Of a DNA stretch of 64,000 bases, positions 12,802 through 26,661 are shown piece by piece (positions within the stretch are counted from its first letter, which is position 1; each line of letters begins with the position of its first letter). The position numbers were made by a program, and so were the translations under genes. Under the pieces are notes generated by a model, which was given only the letters and a program-made list of their open reading frames with translations, was not told where the DNA came from and ran no database searches. Origin of the DNA: Escherichia coli (GTDB lineage Bacteria > Pseudomonadota > Gammaproteobacteria > Enterobacterales > Enterobacteriaceae); NCBI RefSeq assembly GCF_024700885.2, contig NZ_CP117016.1; one strand, written 5' to 3'.

Positions 12802-13344
12802 TCAGAAACTGGCGTTAACCCCAACATACGGGCCGTCAGCCACTGCGTTGTCGCGGTTACCGTCTTTACCCGACAGATTCAGGTAGCGATAACCCGCCTC
12901 AATACTGACTGGACGCATAATGGTGTAACGCGCGCCAGCATTCGCTTCCTCATAACTTTGAATACCGCTGGAGAGCGAATCCGGAGAGTAGTAATACTCG
13001 CCAAACAAACGGAAGTTGTTGCCAATTTTCCACTGCAAACCACCTCCTACCGCTGCGGCATAACCTTCATCGCCGTAATTCGGGTTGGTGTAAACGCCTT
13101 TTCCGCCAACGGTCGCCATTAACGGCCCGAGAGGCAGATTCAACCCCAGCCCCACGCCCGCGACGTCACCGTCGTCGTCGTTATGTGTCCAGTTACCGCT
13201 TAACGCCAGGCCCGTCGATTCAGTCCCAAAACCGACACCAATATTGGTGTATTCTTTACCCGCCTGGCCGCTGATGCTCATTGCATTGACCGATGCAGAA
13301 ACCAACAGCATTCCGGCCAGACCTGCTAGCGCAATTTTTTTCAT
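12802..13344 (-). CDS. yfaZ: Outer membrane protein YfaZ
   Basis: Track ORF trimmed to MKKIALAGLAGMLLVSASVNA (signal peptide), 180 aa; beta-barrel-like alternation, C-terminal aromatic residue. Confidence 0.88.
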   Translation of the reverse strand: MKKIALAGLAGMLLVSASVNAMSISGQAGKEYTNIGVGFGTESTGLALSGNWTHNDDDGDVAGVGLGLNLPLGPLMATVGGKGVYTNPNYGDEGYAAAVGGGLQWKIGNNFRLFGEYYYSPDSLSSGIQSYEEANAGARYTIMRPVSIEAGYRYLNLSGKDGNRDNAVADGPYVGVNASF

Positions 13345-13622
13345 TTTCCCCTCTCCCACAAGCAATAAATCAAAATTCCCAAAGCTGCGGGATTGTACTG
13401 CCTGGCACAGAGGATTCAATGAGCGAAAAAAGGGATCTAGTCACTTATTGTAACTAAATACTTCTTAAATAATTAAACGCCGAAAAAATAAACACACTTT
13501 ATCGATACACACAAAAATAATAATAAGTGCAGTTATCATCGCAAAAGAGATTACTGTCACTTTCACATATTTCTGAGTTACCGTATTCTCATGGTTTCTT
13601 TTAATTTATAAGGAATACCCCT

Positions 13623-14048
13623 GTGCGACAACGGACTATTGTATGCCCTTTGATTCAAAATGATGGTGCTTATTTGCTGTGTAAAATGGCCGACGATCGC
13701 GGCGTTTTCCCCGGTCAATGGGCGCTTTCGGGTGGCGGCGTAGAGCCTGGCGAACGAATTGAAGAGGCACTACGCCGCGAAATTCGCGAAGAACTGGGAG
13801 AACAGCTGCTTTTGACAGAAATCACGCCGTGGACCTTCAGCGATGATATTCGCACCAAGACGTATGCAGATGGTCGCAAGGAAGAGATTTATATGATTTA
13901 CCTGATTTTTGACTGCGTTTCTGCCAACCGAGAAGTGAAAATAAACGAAGAGTTTCAGGACTACGCGTGGGTAAAACCTGAAGATCTGGCGCACTATGAT
14001 TTGAATGTCGCCACCCGAAAAACGTTACGTTTGAAAGGTCTTCTGTAA
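13623..14048 (+). CDS. nudI: Nudix hydrolase (nucleoside triphosphatase NudI)
   Basis: 141 aa; Nudix box [27 protein letters not shown] start. Confidence 0.92.
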
Positions 14049-14055
14049 TAATGAT

Positions 14056-14080
14056 GACAGCCATTACTGGCTGTCAGATT
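14056..14080. terminator. Bidirectional terminator between convergent nudI and ais
   Basis: Perfect hairpin gacagcc-attact-ggctgtc in the 38-bp gap between the two stop codons. Confidence 0.6.
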
Positions 14081-14086
14081 GAAAAT

Positions 14087-14689
14087 TTAGTGGTTAACGA
14101 ATTCCCCATCCAGATAAACTTTGCCTTTTTCCACATGCATGACTAAACCATCCAGATAATCAGGTTTAAATGTCGCATCACGCTTATCTTTAGCAATATA
14201 TGTCAGGCAATGATTATGGGTGAAAATAACGATATTTTTATCAGGCGCTTTGCTTTGTAAGTCCTTAATTGCACTATAAATCTCATTACCGCACTGAAGA
14301 AGTCGTTTATCTACCGTCAGCTTTTTACCCGCTGAAAACCAGGTCGCCGACTGAATGGTCCGGACGGTATTACTGGAATAAAGATCGAAATCAGGGATAT
14401 CAGCACTAAAAGCGTTGCCCAGTTCACGGGCATCCTGGGTACCTTTGACCGTAATACCTGTTTTATCTGACAAGCATTGATTGGTTGAACGATCGCAACG
14501 TTCAGCATGGCGAAACAAAACGACAACCGGATGCTGCTGTGCCAGTCTGGCCAGCGTTTTATTGTCGATACGTGGCAAACCATTGCTACTCCAGGCGGCA
14601 TGAGTACCCAGTCCGGCAATTGCAGCGAGCGCCAGTAAAATGATGAAATATTTTTTTGACTTCAACGAAGAGCGGCAAAAAGCTAACAC
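14087..14689 (-). CDS. ais: Lipopolysaccharide core heptose(II)-phosphate phosphatase (aluminium-inducible protein)
   Basis: Track ORF trimmed to GTG start ([25 protein letters not shown] signal peptide), 200 aa; histidine-phosphatase RHAER motif; divergent from arnB. Confidence 0.88.
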   Translation of the reverse strand: MLAFCRSSLKSKKYFIILLALAAIAGLGTHAAWSSNGLPRIDNKTLARLAQQHPVVVLFRHAERCDRSTNQCLSDKTGITVKGTQDARELGNAFSADIPDFDLYSSNTVRTIQSATWFSAGKKLTVDKRLLQCGNEIYSAIKDLQSKAPDKNIVIFTHNHCLTYIAKDKRDATFKPDYLDGLVMHVEKGKVYLDGEFVNH

Positions 14690-14881
14690 GTAAACTCCAC
14701 CTATAGACAAGCGCAACCAGACAATTACCGTGAAATTGAGCGACATTTCTGGCGATAATTAGCAGTTGGTGTAATATTAAAAATCCTGCGATGCCGGCAA
14801 AATGCCTCAAAATTTTGCCAAATGCAAAGCCTAAATAAGAAAAAATATAAAAATTTCAATATTTACGTCTAATATTAGTTT

Positions 14882-14898
14882 CTTAAGGTTAAGTTAAT
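14882..14898 (+). promoter_or_regulatory. PmrA/BasR box (CTTAAG-N5-GTTAAT direct repeat) at the -35 region of the arn operon promoter
   Basis: cttaag gttaa gttaat read directly, about 80 nt upstream of the arnB start; matches the YTTAAK-N5-YTTAAK consensus from the literature. Confidence 0.7.
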
Positions 14899-14978
14899 AT
14901 TCTATCCTTAGAATTTCGCTCCAAATGGCAAAATATACACAACACTCTTTATAGCAAATATAAGTGGACAGGTATTCA

Positions 14979-16136
14979 ATGGCGGAAGGAAAAGCAATGT
15001 CAGAATTTTTGCCTTTTTCGCGACCAGCAATGGGCGTGGAGGAACTCGCTGCAGTTAAAGAGGTTCTCGAATCCGGTTGGATCACAACCGGTCCGAAGAA
15101 TCAGGCGCTTGAACAAGCCTTTTGCCAGTTGACGGGAAATCAGCATGCCATCGCGGTCAGTTCAGCCACCGCCGGAATGCATATCACGCTAATGGCGTTG
15201 GAAATTGGCAAGGGCGATGAAGTGATTACGCCTTCCCTGACCTGGGTTTCAACCCTCAATATGATCTCCTTGTTGGGTGCAACGCCGGTAATGGTGGATG
15301 TCGACCGCGATACGCTGATGGTCACGCCTGAAACGATCGAAGCAGCCATTACGCCACGCACTAAAGCCATCATTCCGGTGCATTATGCCGGTGCGCCAGC
15401 AGATATTGACGCCATTCGCGCCATTGGCGAACGTTACGGCATCGCAGTTATCGAAGATGCTGCCCATGCCGTCGGTACGTATTACAAAGGCCGACATATT
15501 GGCGCAAAAGGTACCGCTATTTTTTCGTTTCACGCCATCAAAAATATTACCTGTGCGGAAGGTGGCCTGATTGTTACTGATAATGAAAACCTTGCCCGCC
15601 AGCTACGGATGCTAAAATTTCACGGTCTGGGTGTCGATGCCTATGACAGACAAACCTGGGGCCGTGCACCGCAAGCTGAAGTCTTAACGCCGGGCTATAA
15701 GTATAATCTGACCGATATTAACGCCGCGATTGCCCTAACCCAGTTAGCCAAACTAGAGCACCTCAACACCCGTCGGCGCGAAATTGCCCAGCAATATCAG
15801 CAAGCACTGGCAGCTCTCCCCTTTCAGCCATTAAGCCTTCCCGCCTGGCCGCACGTTCACGCCTGGCATCTGTTTATTATTCGTGTCGATGAACAACGTT
15901 GTGGTATCAGTCGCGATGCGTTGATGGAAGCATTAAAAGAAAGAGGCATTGGTACCGGGTTACATTTCCGCGCCGCTCACACACAAAAATATTATCGCGA
16001 GCGTTTTCCCACGCTGTCGTTACCGAATACCGAATGGAATAGCGAACGCATCTGTTCGTTGCCGCTGTTCCCGGATATGACCACCGCCGATGCCGACCGC
16101 GTCATCACAGCCCTTCAGCAACTCGCAGGACAATAA
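14979..16136 (+). CDS. arnB: UDP-4-amino-4-deoxy-L-arabinose--oxoglutarate aminotransferase
   Basis: DegT/ArnB PLP-aminotransferase; track ORF trimmed to [19 protein letters not shown] (385 aa); MSEF is an alternative start. Confidence 0.93.
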   Translation: MAEGKAMSEFLPFSRPAMGVEELAAVKEVLESGWITTGPKNQALEQAFCQLTGNQHAIAVSSATAGMHITLMALEIGKGDEVITPSLTWVSTLNMISLLGATPVMVDVDRDTLMVTPETIEAAITPRTKAIIPVHYAGAPADIDAIRAIGERYGIAVIEDAAHAVGTYYKGRHIGAKGTAIFSFHAIKNITCAEGGLIVTDNENLARQLRMLKFHGLGVDAYDRQTWGRAPQAEVLTPGYKYNLTDINAAIALTQLAKLEHLNTRRREIAQQYQQALAALPFQPLSLPAWPHVHAWHLFIIRVDEQRCGISRDALMEALKERGIGTGLHFRAAHTQKYYRERFPTLSLPNTEWNSERICSLPLFPDMTTADADRVITALQQLAGQ

Positions 16137-17107
<971 letters not shown>

Positions 17108-17108
<1 letters not shown>

Positions 17109-19090
17109 TGAAAACCGTCGTTTTTGCCTACCACGATATGGGATGCCTCGGTATTGAAGCCCTGCTGGCTGCCGGTTACGAAATTAGCGCCATTTTTACT
17201 CATACTGATAATCCCGGTGAAAAAGCCTTTTATGGTTCGGTAGCTCGTCTGGCGGCGGAAAGAGGCATTCCGGTTTATGCGCCAGATAACGTTAACCATC
17301 CGCTGTGGGTGGAACGCATTGCCCAACTCTCACCAGAGGTGATTTTCTCTTTTTATTATCGCCATCTTATTTGCGACGAGATTTTGCAGCTCGCTCCCGC
17401 AGGTGCATTTAATCTGCATGGTTCGCTGTTACCAAAATATCGTGGTCGCGCGCCGCTGAACTGGGTGCTGGTGAACGGTGAAACGGAAACTGGCGTTACA
17501 TTGCACCGAATGGTGAAACGTGCCGATGCCGGGGCCATTGTGGCGCAACTGCGCATTGCCATTGCGCCAGACGATATCGCCATTACGCTGCATCATAAGT
17601 TATGTCATGCCGCGCGCCAGCTACTGGAGCAGACATTACCCGCCATTAAACACGGTAATATTCTGGAAATCGCCCAGCGCGAAAACGAAGCCACCTGTTT
17701 TGGTCGCAGAACACCGGAAGACAGTTTCCTCGAATGGCATAAACCGGCATCCGTGCTGCACAACATGGTGCGTGCCGTTGCCGATCCGTGGCCGGGTGCC
17801 TTCAGCTATGTTGGTAATCAGAAATTTACCGTCTGGTCGTCACGCGTGCATTCTCATGCGCCTGCAGCACAGCCGGGGAGCGTGATTTCTGTAGCGCCAC
17901 TGCTGATTGCCTGTGGCGATGGCGCGCTGGAAATCGTCACCGGACAGGCGGGCGACGGCATTACTATGCAGGGCTCGCAATTAGCGCAGACGCTGGGCCT
18001 GGTGCAAGGTTCACGCTTGAATAGCCAGCCTGCCTGCACCGCCCGACGCCGTACCCGGGTACTCATCCTCGGGGTGAATGGCTTTATTGGCAACCATCTG
18101 ACAGAACGCCTGCTGCGCGAAGATCATTATAAAGTTTACGGTCTGGATATTGGCAGCGATGCGATAAGCCGTTTTCTGAATCATCCGCATTTTCACTTTG
18201 TCGAAGGCGATATCAGTATTCATTCCGAATGGATTGAGTATCACGTCAAAAAATGTGATGTCGTGTTGCCGCTGGTGGCGATAGCCACGCCGATTGAATA
18301 TACCCGCAACCCACTGCGCGTATTTGAACTCGATTTTGAAGAGAATCTACGCATTATCCGCTACTGCGTGAAGTACCGTAAGCGAATCATCTTCCCGTCG
18401 ACTTCAGAAGTTTATGGGATGTGTAGCGATAAATACTTCGATGAGGACCATTCTAATTTAATCGTCGGCCCGGTGAATAAACCACGCTGGATTTATTCGG
18501 TGTCTAAACAATTACTTGATCGAGTGATCTGGGCCTATGGCGAAAAAGAGGGTTTACAGTTCACCCTCTTCCGCCCGTTTAACTGGATGGGGCCACGACT
18601 GGATAACCTTAATGCAGCGCGAATTGGCAGCTCCCGCGCTATTACGCAACTCATTCTCAATCTGGTAGAAGGTTCACCGATTAAGCTGATTGATGGCGGA
18701 AAACAAAAACGCTGCTTTACTGATATTCGCGATGGTATCGAGGCGTTATACCGCATCATCGAAAATGCGGGAAATCGCTGCGACGGCGAAATTATCAACA
18801 TTGGCAATCCTGATAACGAAGCGAGTATTGAGGAACTGGGCGAGATGCTGCTGGCGAGCTTCGAAAAACATCCGCTGCGCCATCACTTCCCACCGTTTGC
18901 GGGCTTTCGCGTTGTCGAAAGTAGCAGCTACTACGGCAAAGGATATCAGGACGTAGAGCATCGTAAACCAAGCATCCGCAATGCCCGCCGCTGCCTGGAC
19001 TGGGAGCCGAAAATTGATATGCAGGAAACCATCGACGAAACGCTGGATTTCTTCCTGCGCACCGTTGATCTTACGGATAAACCATCATGA
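17108..19090 (+). CDS. arnA: Bifunctional UDP-glucuronic acid decarboxylase / UDP-Ara4N formyltransferase
   Basis: 660 aa; N-terminal formyltransferase domain, C-terminal SDR Rossmann [14 protein letters not shown] overlap with arnC stop. Confidence 0.96.
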
Positions 19091-19977
19091 CCAAAGTAGG
19101 CTTACGCATTGATGTCGATACCTTTCGTGGCACCCGTGAAGGCGTGCCGCGTCTGCTGGAAATCTTGAGTAAGCATAATATTCAGGCCAGCATTTTTTTC
19201 AGCGTCGGCCCGGACAATATGGGCCGCCATCTCTGGCGACTGGTGAAGCCAAGGTTTTTGTGGAAGATGCTGCGCTCAAACGCGGCATCGCTTTATGGCT
19301 GGGATATTTTACTGGCAGGTACGGCCTGGCCAGGTAAAGAGATTGGTCATGCCAATGCCGATATCATTCGTGAAGCGGCTAAACATCACGAAGTCGGCCT
19401 GCACGCCTGGGATCACCATGCCTGGCAAGCCCATAGCGGTAACTGGGATCGGCAAACAATGATCGACGATATCGCACGCGGCCTTCGCACCCTGGAAGAA
19501 ATTATCGGCCAACCGGTAACCTGCTCCGCAGCCGCTGGCTGGCGTGCCGACCAGCAGGTGATCGAAGCAAAAGAAGCGTTCCATTTGCGCTACAACAGCG
19601 ATTGTCGTGGGGCGATGCCGTTTCGGCCACTGCTCGAATCAGGAAACCCTGGCACTGCGCAAATTCCGGTGACCTTACCCACCTGGGATGAAGTGATTGG
19701 TCGGGATGTGAAAGCAGAAGATTTTAACGGTTGGTTACTCAACCGCATCCTGCGAGATAAAGGCACGCCGGTTTATACCATTCATGCAGAAGTTGAAGGC
19801 TGCGCTTATCAGCATAATTTTGTGGATCTCCTGAAACGCGCAGCCCAGGAAGGCATGACATTTTGCCCTTTAAGCGAACTGTTATCAGGGTCGTTGCCGC
19901 TCGGGCAAGTTGTTCGCGGAAATATTGCCGGACGTGAAGGCTGGCTGGGTTGCCAACAAATTGCGGGTAGTCGCTGA
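19087..19977 (+). CDS. arnD: 4-deoxy-4-formamido-L-arabinose-phosphoundecaprenol deformylase
   Basis: 296 aa polysaccharide deacetylase-like; overlaps arnA stop. Confidence 0.94.
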   Translation: MTKVGLRIDVDTFRGTREGVPRLLEILSKHNIQASIFFSVGPDNMGRHLWRLVKPRFLWKMLRSNAASLYGWDILLAGTAWPGKEIGHANADIIREAAKHHEVGLHAWDHHAWQAHSGNWDRQTMIDDIARGLRTLEEIIGQPVTCSAAAGWRADQQVIEAKEAFHLRYNSDCRGAMPFRPLLESGNPGTAQIPVTLPTWDEVIGRDVKAEDFNGWLLNRILRDKGTPVYTIHAEVEGCAYQHNFVDLLKRAAQEGMTFCPLSELLSGSLPLGQVVRGNIAGREGWLGCQQIAGSR

Positions 19978-21629
19978 TGAAATCGGTACGTTACCTTATC
20001 GGCCTCTTCGCGTTTATTGCCTGCTATTACCTGTTACCGATCAGCACGCGTCTGCTCTGGCAACCCGATGAAACGCGTTATGCGGAAATCAGTCGGGAAA
20101 TGCTGGCATCCGGCGACTGGATTGTGCCCCATTTGTTAGGGCTACGTTATTTCGAAAAACCCATTGCCGGATACTGGATTAACAGCATTGGGCAATGGCT
20201 ATTTGGCGCAAATAACTTTGGTGTGCGGGCAGGCGTTATCTTTGCGACCCTGTTAACTGCCGCGCTGGTGACCTGGTTTACTCTGCGCTTATGGCGCGAT
20301 AAACGTCTGGCATTACTCGCCGCAGTGATTTACCTCTCATTGTTCATTGTCTATGCCATCGGCACTTATGCCGTGCTCGATCCGTTTATTGCCTTCTGGC
20401 TGGTGGCGGGAATGTGCAGCTTCTGGCTGGCAATGCAGGCACAGACGTGGAAAGGCAAAAGCGCAGGATTTTTACTGCTGGGGATCACCTGCGGCATGGG
20501 GGTGATGACCAAAGGTTTTCTCGCCCTTGCCGTGCCGGTATTAAGCGTGCTGCCATGGGTGGCGACGCAAAAACGCTGGAAAGATCTCTTTATTTACGGC
20601 TGGCTGGCGGTCATCAGTTGCGTACTGACGGTTCTCCCTTGGGGACTGGCGATAGCGCAGCGGGAGCCTGACTTCTGGCACTATTTTTTCTGGGTTGAGC
20701 ATATTCAACGCTTTGCACTGGATGATGCCCAACATAGAGCTCCGTTCTGGTACTACTTGCCGGTCATCATTGCCGGTAGCCTGCCGTGGCTGGGATTACT
20801 CCCCGGAGCACTGTACGCAGGCTGGAAAAACCGCAAGCATTCCGCAACCGTCTATTTGTTGAGCTGGACGATAATGCCGCTGCTGTTTTTCTCCGTCGCT
20901 AAAGGCAAATTGCCCACCTATATTCTTTCCTGCTTTGCACCTCTGGCAATGCTGATGGCGCATTACGCTTTGCTGGCAGCAAAAAATAATCCTCTGGCGC
21001 TGCGGATTAATGGCTGGATTAACATCGCTTTTGGTGTCACTGGCATTATTGCCACATTTGTGGTCTCCCCATGGGGACCAATGAACACGCCAGTGTGGCA
21101 AACCTTCGAGAGCTATAAAGTCTTTTGTGCCTGGTCGATTTTTTCGCTATGGGCATTTTTCGGCTGGTACACCTTAACAAACGTCGAAAAGACCTGGTCT
21201 TTTGCCGCGCTTTGCCCGCTGGGGCTGGCGTTGCTGGTAGGATTTTCAATTCCTGACAGAGTCATGGAAGGAAAACATCCGCAATTTTTTGTCGAGATGA
21301 CACAAGAATCACTTCAGCCAAGCCGCTATATTCTTACTGATAGCGTCGGTGTTGCCGCAGGTCTGGCATGGAGCCTGCAACGCGATGACATCATCATGTA
21401 TCGCCAGACAGGTGAGTTGAAATACGGCCTTAATTATCCGGATGCGAAAGGGAGATTTGTCAGCGGTGATGAGTTCGCAAACTGGCTTAATCAACATCGT
21501 CAGGAGGGGATTATTACACTCGTGCTTTCGGTTGACCGCGATGAAGATATCAACAGTCTCGCCATTCCGCCCGCAGATGCCATCGATCGTCAGGAGCGTC
21601 TGGTGCTGATTCAGTATCGTCCCAAATGA
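19977..21629 (+). CDS. arnT: Undecaprenyl phosphate-alpha-Ara4N transferase (lipid A modification)
   Basis: 550 aa polytopic membrane glycosyltransferase (PMT_2-like); overlaps arnD stop. Confidence 0.95.
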   Translation: MKSVRYLIGLFAFIACYYLLPISTRLLWQPDETRYAEISREMLASGDWIVPHLLGLRYFEKPIAGYWINSIGQWLFGANNFGVRAGVIFATLLTAALVTWFTLRLWRDKRLALLAAVIYLSLFIVYAIGTYAVLDPFIAFWLVAGMCSFWLAMQAQTWKGKSAGFLLLGITCGMGVMTKGFLALAVPVLSVLPWVATQKRWKDLFIYGWLAVISCVLTVLPWGLAIAQREPDFWHYFFWVEHIQRFALDDAQHRAPFWYYLPVIIAGSLPWLGLLPGALYAGWKNRKHSATVYLLSWTIMPLLFFSVAKGKLPTYILSCFAPLAMLMAHYALLAAKNNPLALRINGWINIAFGVTGIIATFVVSPWGPMNTPVWQTFESYKVFCAWSIFSLWAFFGWYTLTNVEKTWSFAALCPLGLALLVGFSIPDRVMEGKHPQFFVEMTQESLQPSRYILTDSVGVAAGLAWSLQRDDIIMYRQTGELKYGLNYPDAKGRFVSGDEFANWLNQHRQEGIITLVLSVDRDEDINSLAIPPADAIDRQERLVLIQYRPK

Positions 21630-21961
21630 TCTGGCTAACATTAGTCTTTGCCAGCTTGCTTAGCGTTGCCGGGCAGTTGTGTCAGAAACAGGCAACCTGC
21701 TTTGTGGCGATAAACAAACGGCGCAAACATATCGTGCTGTGGCTGGGACTGGCGCTGGCTTGTCTTGGTCTTGCCATGGTGCTCTGGCTGCTGATCTTGC
21801 AGAACGTACCGGTAGGCATTGCCTACCCGATGTTAAGTATGAATTTTGTCTGGGTGACGCTGGCTGCAGTAAAACTGTGGCACGAGCCGGTATCACTGCG
21901 TCACTGGTGTGGGGTGGCATTCATTATTGGCGGCATTGTGATCCTCGGGAGTACCGTGTAA
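21626..21961 (+). CDS. arnE: Undecaprenyl phosphate-Ara4N flippase subunit
   Basis: 111 aa, 4-TM SMR-like protein; overlaps arnT stop. Confidence 0.9.
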   Translation: MIWLTLVFASLLSVAGQLCQKQATCFVAINKRRKHIVLWLGLALACLGLAMVLWLLILQNVPVGIAYPMLSMNFVWVTLAAVKLWHEPVSLRHWCGVAFIIGGIVILGSTV

Positions 21962-22347
21962 TGGGCCTGATGTGGGGATTATTCAGCGTCATTATCGCCT
22001 CCGCTGCGCAATTAAGCCTAGGTTTTGCGGCGAGTCATCTGCCGCCGATGACGCACTTATGGGATTTTATCGCGGCGCTGTTAGCTTTTGGCCTGGATGC
22101 CCGGATACTGTTACTCGGGCTGCTGGGTTATCTGCTTTCCGTTTTTTGTTGGTATAAAACGCTACATAAACTTGCGTTAAGCAAAGCCTATGCCTTGCTC
22201 AGTATGAGCTATGTGCTGGTATGGATTGCATCAATGATACTTCCCAGCTGGGAAGGAACTTTTTCGCTGAAGGCACTACTGGGAGTTGCTTGTATTATGA
22301 GCGGGTTGATGTTGATTTTCCTGCCCACGACAAAACAACGTTACTGA
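21961..22347 (+). CDS. arnF: Undecaprenyl phosphate-Ara4N flippase subunit
   Basis: 128 aa from ATG at 21961 ([17 protein letters not shown]); the track's 222-aa ORF 21679..22347 is an upstream extension in the same frame across arnE. Confidence 0.88.
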   Translation: MGLMWGLFSVIIASAAQLSLGFAASHLPPMTHLWDFIAALLAFGLDARILLLGLLGYLLSVFCWYKTLHKLALSKAYALLSMSYVLVWIASMILPSWEGTFSLKALLGVACIMSGLMLIFLPTTKQRY

Positions 22348-22607
22348 GTTTTCCCTGCCGCTGTACACTGCCGTTCCCACTCATCGGGGCTATAACTGCT
22401 TGCCGAGAGGACTTTCACCGTATGCAGCTTTTCACGATTAATACAATAAAGCGCATTCTGCAAAGGGGAGAGTAAATCCCCCACTTTCACGGCGAAGTCA
22501 CTCTTCACTTCGGCGATCATTTTTATCGCGCCGCCAGCATCGCAGAGCATAAGTACATGTCTGTTATCTTGTTTATTGCAGCACGATTTTTTGACCAGCC
22601 ATTCCAT
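22341..22607 (-). CDS. pmrD: Signal transduction connector protein PmrD
   Basis: Track ORF trimmed to [26 protein letters not shown] (88 aa); location immediately after the arn operon. Confidence 0.88.
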   Translation of the reverse strand: MEWLVKKSCCNKQDNRHVLMLCDAGGAIKMIAEVKSDFAVKVGDLLSPLQNALYCINREKLHTVKVLSASSYSPDEWERQCTAAGKTQ

Positions 22608-22716
22608 TGCATTATCCTGTTTGCTAAGAGTTTTCACATCAATTTACAGATTAACAGATAAACTCTTTATCAACGGCAATGGAATGGCAGAAATGAGAAG
22701 TGAAACGGAGGGTTAA

Positions 22717-24072
22717 TTATTGCTGACGTTGCACCCACTCTTTTAGCGCCTGACGTGAAATTTTAATACCGCCGTTTTTCAGTTCAGGCGGCAACGTTAA
22801 CCAACGCACCGGTTGCTGAAAACGGGCCAGCTTATCTTTCACCCATTCGCCAAGATCAACGGTTTGCTGGTCATACTCCACCACCGCTACCGGTCGATGA
22901 CCAAACTCCTTGTCAGCAACGGGAACGATAAACACCTGCAAAACCGCAGGATGTGCAGCAATAACGCGCTCGACTTCTTCTGGCTGAATGCCTTCGCCAC
23001 CACTGAAGAACAGATTGTCTAAACGTCCGACAATGGTCAGCTTGCCATTATGCATCTCACCGCGATCGCGCGTGGCGTACCAGCCTTCATCATTAACCAG
23101 TGGAACCAGTTGCCCGTTACGCCAGTAACCTTCTGCCATGCTGGCAGCCCGCAGCCACACTTCGTCGTTTACGATTTTCACTTCCCGACCCGGCAGCGGC
23201 GAACCGACGTCTGCCAGACCGTCGGCTTCTTTCGCACACACTGTGGAGGCAAACTCGGTCAGACCATAGCCGCAAAAGCAACGAATCCCCTGCTCGCGCG
23301 CCTGTTCCGTCAACTCGACTGGAATTGCCGCACCACCAAGTAACACCGCTTTCAGGGAAACGGAACTGCGGTTAACCAGCAAACGCCAGAGTTGTGTTGG
23401 CACCAGTGAAGCGTGAGTACAGCCTGCCAGCATTTGCTCCAATGGCTGTTTATCACGTACCGTCATCCGCGCGCCAGCGTATAACCAGCGCCACATAATT
23501 CCCTGACCGGAGACGTGAAACAGCGGCAAAGAGAGCAACCAGTCATCGTGATCGCTAAACGGAATTAGCGATAACACCCCTTCAGCGCTGGCAAGATGGG
23601 CCTGGTAAGTATGAACAGCGGCTTTCGGCAAGCCAGTGGAGCCAGAGGTTAACGTCATTGAGCACAGACGCGTCGGCTGCCACGCAGCGGCATGTGCGCC
23701 TTCAACCAGCTGAATGTGCAGCGAAGTTAATGCCGGAAACGTGTTTTCCCCATCCGGCACCAGCGCAAATTGCAGCGTAAGATTGGGGAGCAATTCCTCA
23801 AGTAACGGTTGCGGCAGCTGTGGATTCACGGGCAGCACCCGCGCCCCGCATTGCAGTAACGCCAGCCAGGCCAGCAGCGTTTGCGGCGAATTCCACGCCC
23901 GCAACATCACGCCGCTGCCCTCAACAACGCCCTGTACCGCAAAGCCGGAGGCTAATTCATCGACGCGAGCACAAAGCTCGCGCCAGTTGAGTTGCTCGTC
24001 ATTGAGACGTAAGGCGATGGCTTCTCCCCGCACTTGCCGCCAGTGACGCCACGGCCAGTCAGAGAAGATCAT
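22717..24072 (-). CDS. menE: o-succinylbenzoate--CoA ligase
   Basis: 451-aa adenylate-forming enzyme ([12 protein letters not shown]-binding motif); men operon synteny. Confidence 0.94.
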   Translation of the reverse strand: MIFSDWPWRHWRQVRGEAIALRLNDEQLNWRELCARVDELASGFAVQGVVEGSGVMLRAWNSPQTLLAWLALLQCGARVLPVNPQLPQPLLEELLPNLTLQFALVPDGENTFPALTSLHIQLVEGAHAAAWQPTRLCSMTLTSGSTGLPKAAVHTYQAHLASAEGVLSLIPFSDHDDWLLSLPLFHVSGQGIMWRWLYAGARMTVRDKQPLEQMLAGCTHASLVPTQLWRLLVNRSSVSLKAVLLGGAAIPVELTEQAREQGIRCFCGYGLTEFASTVCAKEADGLADVGSPLPGREVKIVNDEVWLRAASMAEGYWRNGQLVPLVNDEGWYATRDRGEMHNGKLTIVGRLDNLFFSGGEGIQPEEVERVIAAHPAVLQVFIVPVADKEFGHRPVAVVEYDQQTVDLGEWVKDKLARFQQPVRWLTLPPELKNGGIKISRQALKEWVQRQQ

Positions 24073-25031
24073 AGCAGCCGCTCCAGTGCATTAATGTCCA
24101 CTAACGGCAGTGGGCTACCCGGCCAGCGACGAACCTGCTGCGCCTGCATCAGATCCAGCGTGTCCAGCCCTGGAATAGTCTCTGGTGTTAACCAGGCGGC
24201 AATCCGCGCCAGTTGCGTTAAGCCTAAGCTCGACTCAATAGATGAACTGATCACCGCCGTCAGCCCCAGCGCATGCGCCGCCTGCACCTGCTCGCGTACT
24301 TTCTCCAGGCTGCCCGTGAGCGTGGGTTTGATAACTACCGCGCGCACGCCCTCTTCAGCCACAAAGGCAAAATCCGGCTCGCGCAGGCTTTCATCCCAGG
24401 CAATGGCAATGCCGGTTTCACGGGCAAACGCTCGCGAATCATCGCGGGTTTTGCACGGCTCTTCGAGAAACGCGATGCGGTCGCGATAATCCGGGTTAAC
24501 GTATTTGGCAAACTGCTGGCCTTTCAGCGGCGTCCAGGCGCGGTTCGCGTCAAGACGCAAATGCAGATCCGGAATTGCCTCCAGCAACAGATTGACCACC
24601 ATGCCGTCGCGCACGGCTTCGTACAATCCCACTTTGACCTTCGCCACTTTCTCGCCAGGCATATCGGCAAGTTTGAGGATCAGATCGTCAGGATCGCCAT
24701 TACACAGCGGCGCAGCACGATAATTGGCCGCCTGCGGGAGCGTATCTGCCAGCTCCGCCAATGCACAGCTTACGCCAAAGGCCACGGAAGGCATCTGCGG
24801 TAGCTCGCTATCGCCTGCCAGCCAGTTATTTACCCAGGCAAGCAGCACGCTTTGTGCCTCTTCCCAGGTTTCCTGACTGAAGCCCGGCAGTGGGGAGATC
24901 TCCCCCCACCCTTCGCGCTCGCCCTCACGCAGGCAAACATACAGCCCGTCGCGGGTTTTTAACCGCCTGTCGCGCAGAACCACCCCCGCGTCCATGGGGA
25001 TCTGCCAGCGGTATACCTGCGCGCTACGCAT
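24069..25031 (-). CDS. menC: o-succinylbenzoate synthase (enolase superfamily)
   Basis: 320 aa; overlaps menE start by 4 nt. Confidence 0.94.
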   Translation of the reverse strand: MRSAQVYRWQIPMDAGVVLRDRRLKTRDGLYVCLREGEREGWGEISPLPGFSQETWEEAQSVLLAWVNNWLAGDSELPQMPSVAFGVSCALAELADTLPQAANYRAAPLCNGDPDDLILKLADMPGEKVAKVKVGLYEAVRDGMVVNLLLEAIPDLHLRLDANRAWTPLKGQQFAKYVNPDYRDRIAFLEEPCKTRDDSRAFARETGIAIAWDESLREPDFAFVAEEGVRAVVIKPTLTGSLEKVREQVQAAHALGLTAVISSSIESSLGLTQLARIAAWLTPETIPGLDTLDLMQAQQVRRWPGSPLPLVDINALERLL

Positions 25032-25888
25032 TACGGATTCCGTTTAAATTTGCTGAAATCAGGCTGACGTTTCTGGTTGAAAGCGTTGCGACCTTCCTGA
25101 CCTTCTTCCGTCATATAGAACAGCATGGTGGCGTTACCTGCCAGCTCCTGCAGACCTGCCTGACCGTCACAGTCGGCGTTCAGCGCAGCTTTCAGGCAAC
25201 GCAGCGCCATCGGGCTGTTTTGCAGCATTTCGCGGCACCAGCGCACGGTTTCTTTTTCCAGATCCGCCAGCGGCACCACGGTGTTGACAAGGCCCATATC
25301 CAGCGCCTGTTTCGCGTCGTACTGACGGCACAGGAACCAGATTTCACGCGCTTTTTTCTGTCCGACGATGCGCGCCATGTAGGAAGCGCCCCAGCCGCCG
25401 TCGAAGGAACCGACTTTCGGGCCAGTCTGACCGAAGATGGCATTATCTGCCGCGATAGTCAGGTCGCACATCATGTGCAGAACGTGACCGCCGCCGATGG
25501 AGTAGCCAGCCACCATCGCGACAACCGGTTTCGGACAGGTACGGATCTGACGCTGGAAGTCCAGCACGTTCAGGTGATGTACGCCGGAATCATCCTTATA
25601 GCCGCCGTAATCACCACGCACTTTCTGGTCACCACCGGAGCAGAACGCTTTATCGCCTGCGCCAGTCAGAATGATCACGCCGATGTTGTCGTCATAACGC
25701 GCATCTGCCAGTGCCTGGATCATCTCTTTTACCGTCAGAGGACGGAAGGCATTGCGCACCTGCGGACGATTAATGGTGATTTTTGCGATACCGTCGGTGG
25801 ATTTTTCATAACGAATGTCCTCGAAACCTTCGGAGCAGTCGTGCCATTCAACCGGTGCGTAAAGCATTGCTTCATCAGGATAAATCAT
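25031..25888 (-). CDS. menB: 1,4-dihydroxy-2-naphthoyl-CoA synthase (crotonase fold)
   Basis: 285 aa; crotonase signature; near-invariant menB sequence. Confidence 0.96.
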
Positions 25889-25902
25889 ATTGTGTCCTTT
25901 AG

Positions 25903-26661
25903 TCAGAAACGCAAGATCTGCGCCAGACTTGCGATTACGCCAGCGGGATTTTCCCGGTGCGCGTTATGTCCGGCGCGAGGAATGACATGGCAGTCGGCAG
26001 CCAGTTCCGTCGCCAGAGCGCGGAATTTGCTGTCACGTTCACCACATAAATAATAAAACGCAAATGTGCGGGCGCTAAGGTTAGCACGTAAATCGGGCTG
26101 GACGGCGAGAGAAGTCGCCTCCAGCATGGCGGCAAGGGTTGCGCCATTATTGCTGCTGCGCAGCGCCACCAGCTCCCGGCGTTGATCGTCATTGAGCGAG
26201 GCAAAAACAGGCTGTTGATACCAGTCGGCAAATACCGCCGTTAACGGTTCTGTGCGAAAACGCTGCGCCCATTGGCGATCGGAATGCTGACGTTCCGTGC
26301 GTTGTTCAGCATTTTGCAACCCAGGGTGCCCGCCTTCGACAATAACCCCACAAAGCCCCGGCATCCCCTGACAAGCCGCCATCATCGCCACCCGTCCGCC
26401 AAGCGAGTACCCCACCAGCCAGAAGTTAAGGATGTTGTAACTAACCAGAGTTTTACGCAGTAAGCCGGTGACATCATCAAATCCATCGACGCTAATTGCT
26501 GCCGAACCACCGTGACCTGGGAGATCAACATACAACCGCGAGTAGTCGGCAAACGCCTCGCCCACTTCTTGCCATTCATGGCAATCGCCGGAAAAACCGT
26601 GCAAAAACACCAGCCAGGGTAAACCTGGTTTGCCGTGTTTTGCCTGCGCGTGCAGGATCAT
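25903..26661 (-). CDS. menH: 2-succinyl-6-hydroxy-2,4-cyclohexadiene-1-carboxylate synthase (alpha/beta hydrolase)
   Basis: 252 aa; alpha/beta-hydrolase motif GYSLGGR. Confidence 0.93.

Noticed and set aside
21679-22347. 222-aa ORF spanning arnE and arnF
   Set aside because: An upstream extension of the arnF frame across arnE; arnF starts at the ATG at 21961 just after the arnE stop.
22638-22716. Possible PhoP box upstream of pmrD
   Set aside because: Best candidate (AGTTTAtctgtTAATCT on the minus strand) matches the (T/G)GTTTA-N5-(T/G)GTTTA consensus poorly in the second half-site; too weak to call.
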